From: Malacoraja senta
Taxonomy: Eukaryota
Direction of reading: 5' to 3'
NCBI GenBank assembly: GCA_038087875.1
Contig: CM075989.1
Span: 5,084,001-5,147,837, forward strand
Length of the DNA stretch: 63,837 nucleotides
Shown here: positions 61,946-63,837 of the stretch, one piece after another
Layout: each line of letters opens with the position of its first letter
Numbering within the stretch: the first letter of the stretch is position 1
Notes under the pieces: generated by a model
The model's input: the letters and a program-made list of their open reading frames with translations, nothing else
What the model was told of the DNA's origin: nothing
Databases searched by the model: none
Made by a program: the position numbers and the translations under genes

Positions 61946-63837
61946 ACTCTAGATCAGTAAAAGTTTTACTTTTATATTGAGTGTTCATTTTGGCATAGTT
62001 ATTTGCACAGAATTGTAAGCAAGATATAATGAAAATTAAATAAAAAGCTGACATTTTAAATAGAAGCCAATTTAACCCATGGAAATGCATGTATTTTTCT
62101 CACTAGTAATTCAACACACCTTTGTTTTCGTTCTTACTACTATCAATTACTACTTTGAACTACGAAGCAATTTGTCTTAACACTATGCCACAAGGTTTGC
62201 ATCTTCAACATATTCACCAAGTCAGCAACAAAGGTGGTTTGCTGCACTGTGGTCAATTAAACTACGGACAACACATACAGATCAGGAATTTCCTGCAACA
62301 ATGATATAACAGTAATTAATTAACATATGGAAATCTCATTGAAAAAATTAGTGCAGTGAAAAATAACCTAATCATTATCATTAACAATAGATGCTTTTGA
62401 ATAATTCCAAGAGGCGTATCTAATTTCCAATTTCATTTGATAATACCAACTGGAAATTTCACAACTGTAATCTGATAAATGGTGAACTAACCTTTAAAAC
62501 TATGGCTAGATAGAGTGTCTAAGGCTACGCGTTTTTAATTAATTGGCTTCAAAACAAGAAATTGTCGTTTCGCAACATGGAACGTCTACAAAATCATCCG
62601 ACATGCTGTTATCTCTCAAAAAAGACAAAATATAGATTAGAAATGGAAATGGAACTGTGTAACTAGACATAGGTACTTAGTGAAAATTAGGGTCAGACAT
62701 ATTGGTCTAAACATTTGCCAGCAGACAAAAAACAGACAATGGAACAATATTTTCTGATCAGAGCTCTTTTTACAGCAGTGATCGTCTCAAGCTGTCATGG
62801 TGTTCCAGGATGGAGCTTCCGAGGCCAATGGTACAATAAGGCCAAGTCACCTCTCAGCTCACCCTGTCTTGTGGGACATTGCAGGTTGAAGGTTCGGGTT
62901 GATAGACATAAAATACTGGAGTAACTCAGCAGGTTAGGCTGCATCTCTGGAGAAAAGGAATAGGTGACATTTCGGGTCGAGACCATTCAGGTTGTTTGGC
63001 TTACACACGTGGAATAGTCAATGGCAAATGCAGATACTGGGCTTGGCAGCAGTGTATTTTACATAGCACTTAAATGAAGACTTCAGAAGATTCCGAAATG
63101 TTGTGGAAGACAGTAAAATGGTCGCTATTATCTTTTTTTTCTTTGCTCTTAGGAAACTGCAAGAAAATCTAGATTAAAGCAGAATAAGGTGTTCCTGACT
63201 GTAAAATATTGAATTCTCAAGCTCAGAGGACTAGACATTTTTACATAACAAAGACGAACAGCCACTGATGACTAATAGAACACTAGTGGATGAAACTAGT
63301 TTGTACGGTGGCAGTGATCCAGGGACAAATAGTAATACTAAATAAACAAAACAAAAAAAATTGGAGCTCAACCCACTGAGCATCAAAAGAAACTCATCTC
63401 TACAATTTTCAATCCTCTGTGAAACAGAACATTCTTTGCTTTGTGTTTTAATAAAAAATAATTCAAAGAGTAAACTGGTCGAAGGACACTTTCAAATCCA
63501 TTCCGCCAGCATTTATCTCAAGTTAACATTCCCGTAGTAAACATTTTAATTATGAATGTATCACAATGAAGAATATGCAGCAAAAGAGTTTTCAGGTCAG
63601 AGCACACAAAAGGATTTACATGATGGATGAAACCATTTGAGCTGTGATTGCAGTTAAAACATCACCTACACACGACTGTCATTATGAGCACAGCGTCTAC
63701 AAACTGCAGAGACAATCACAGTAAAATTTTACCCAGTAATTCAAAATATTTTGGATTTGAAATATCAAAAACAAGTCTTGTCATCACCTTCTCAAGGACA
63801 TCTCAGAACAGGCTTTAATGTTAGCCTTGTTTGCAAT

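Overview
Eukaryotic, repeat-rich vertebrate DNA. The HE1/V-SINE, CR1, Rex1 and Penelope repertoire points to a cartilaginous fish, probably a skate or ray (inference). The window covers the first seven coding exons of ABHD2 (alpha/beta-hydrolase, monoacylglycerol lipase) on the minus strand: 50836-50634, 35869-35694, 34836-34669, 20412-20229, 11374-11282, 8473-8360 and 4258-4189. They join in frame through GT-AG introns into 1008 nt (336 codons), including the GFSLG nucleophile elbow. The last coding exons lie beyond the left edge. The introns hold three degenerate IR/DR Tc1 (DD34E) transposons, a Tigger/MER47-like element, two PIF/Harbinger-like MITEs, a hAT MITE, tRNA-derived SINEs, CR1 and Rex1/Babar LINE fragments, GC-rich minisatellite-bearing retroposons, and many Penelope-like (GIY-YIG) fragments. 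The most notable signal is a minimal hammerhead-ribozyme motif (CTGAAGA-A-GGGT[CT]TCG[AG]CCC-GAAAC-GT[CT]) carried by the Penelope terminal repeat. It also occurs as ~90-200 bp stand-alone, TSD-flanked units, several of which are foldback palindromes centred on ribozyme stem II. Such units bracket the ABHD2 start-codon exon. Repeat boundaries were read by eye and are approximate unless TSDs or TIRs are quoted.
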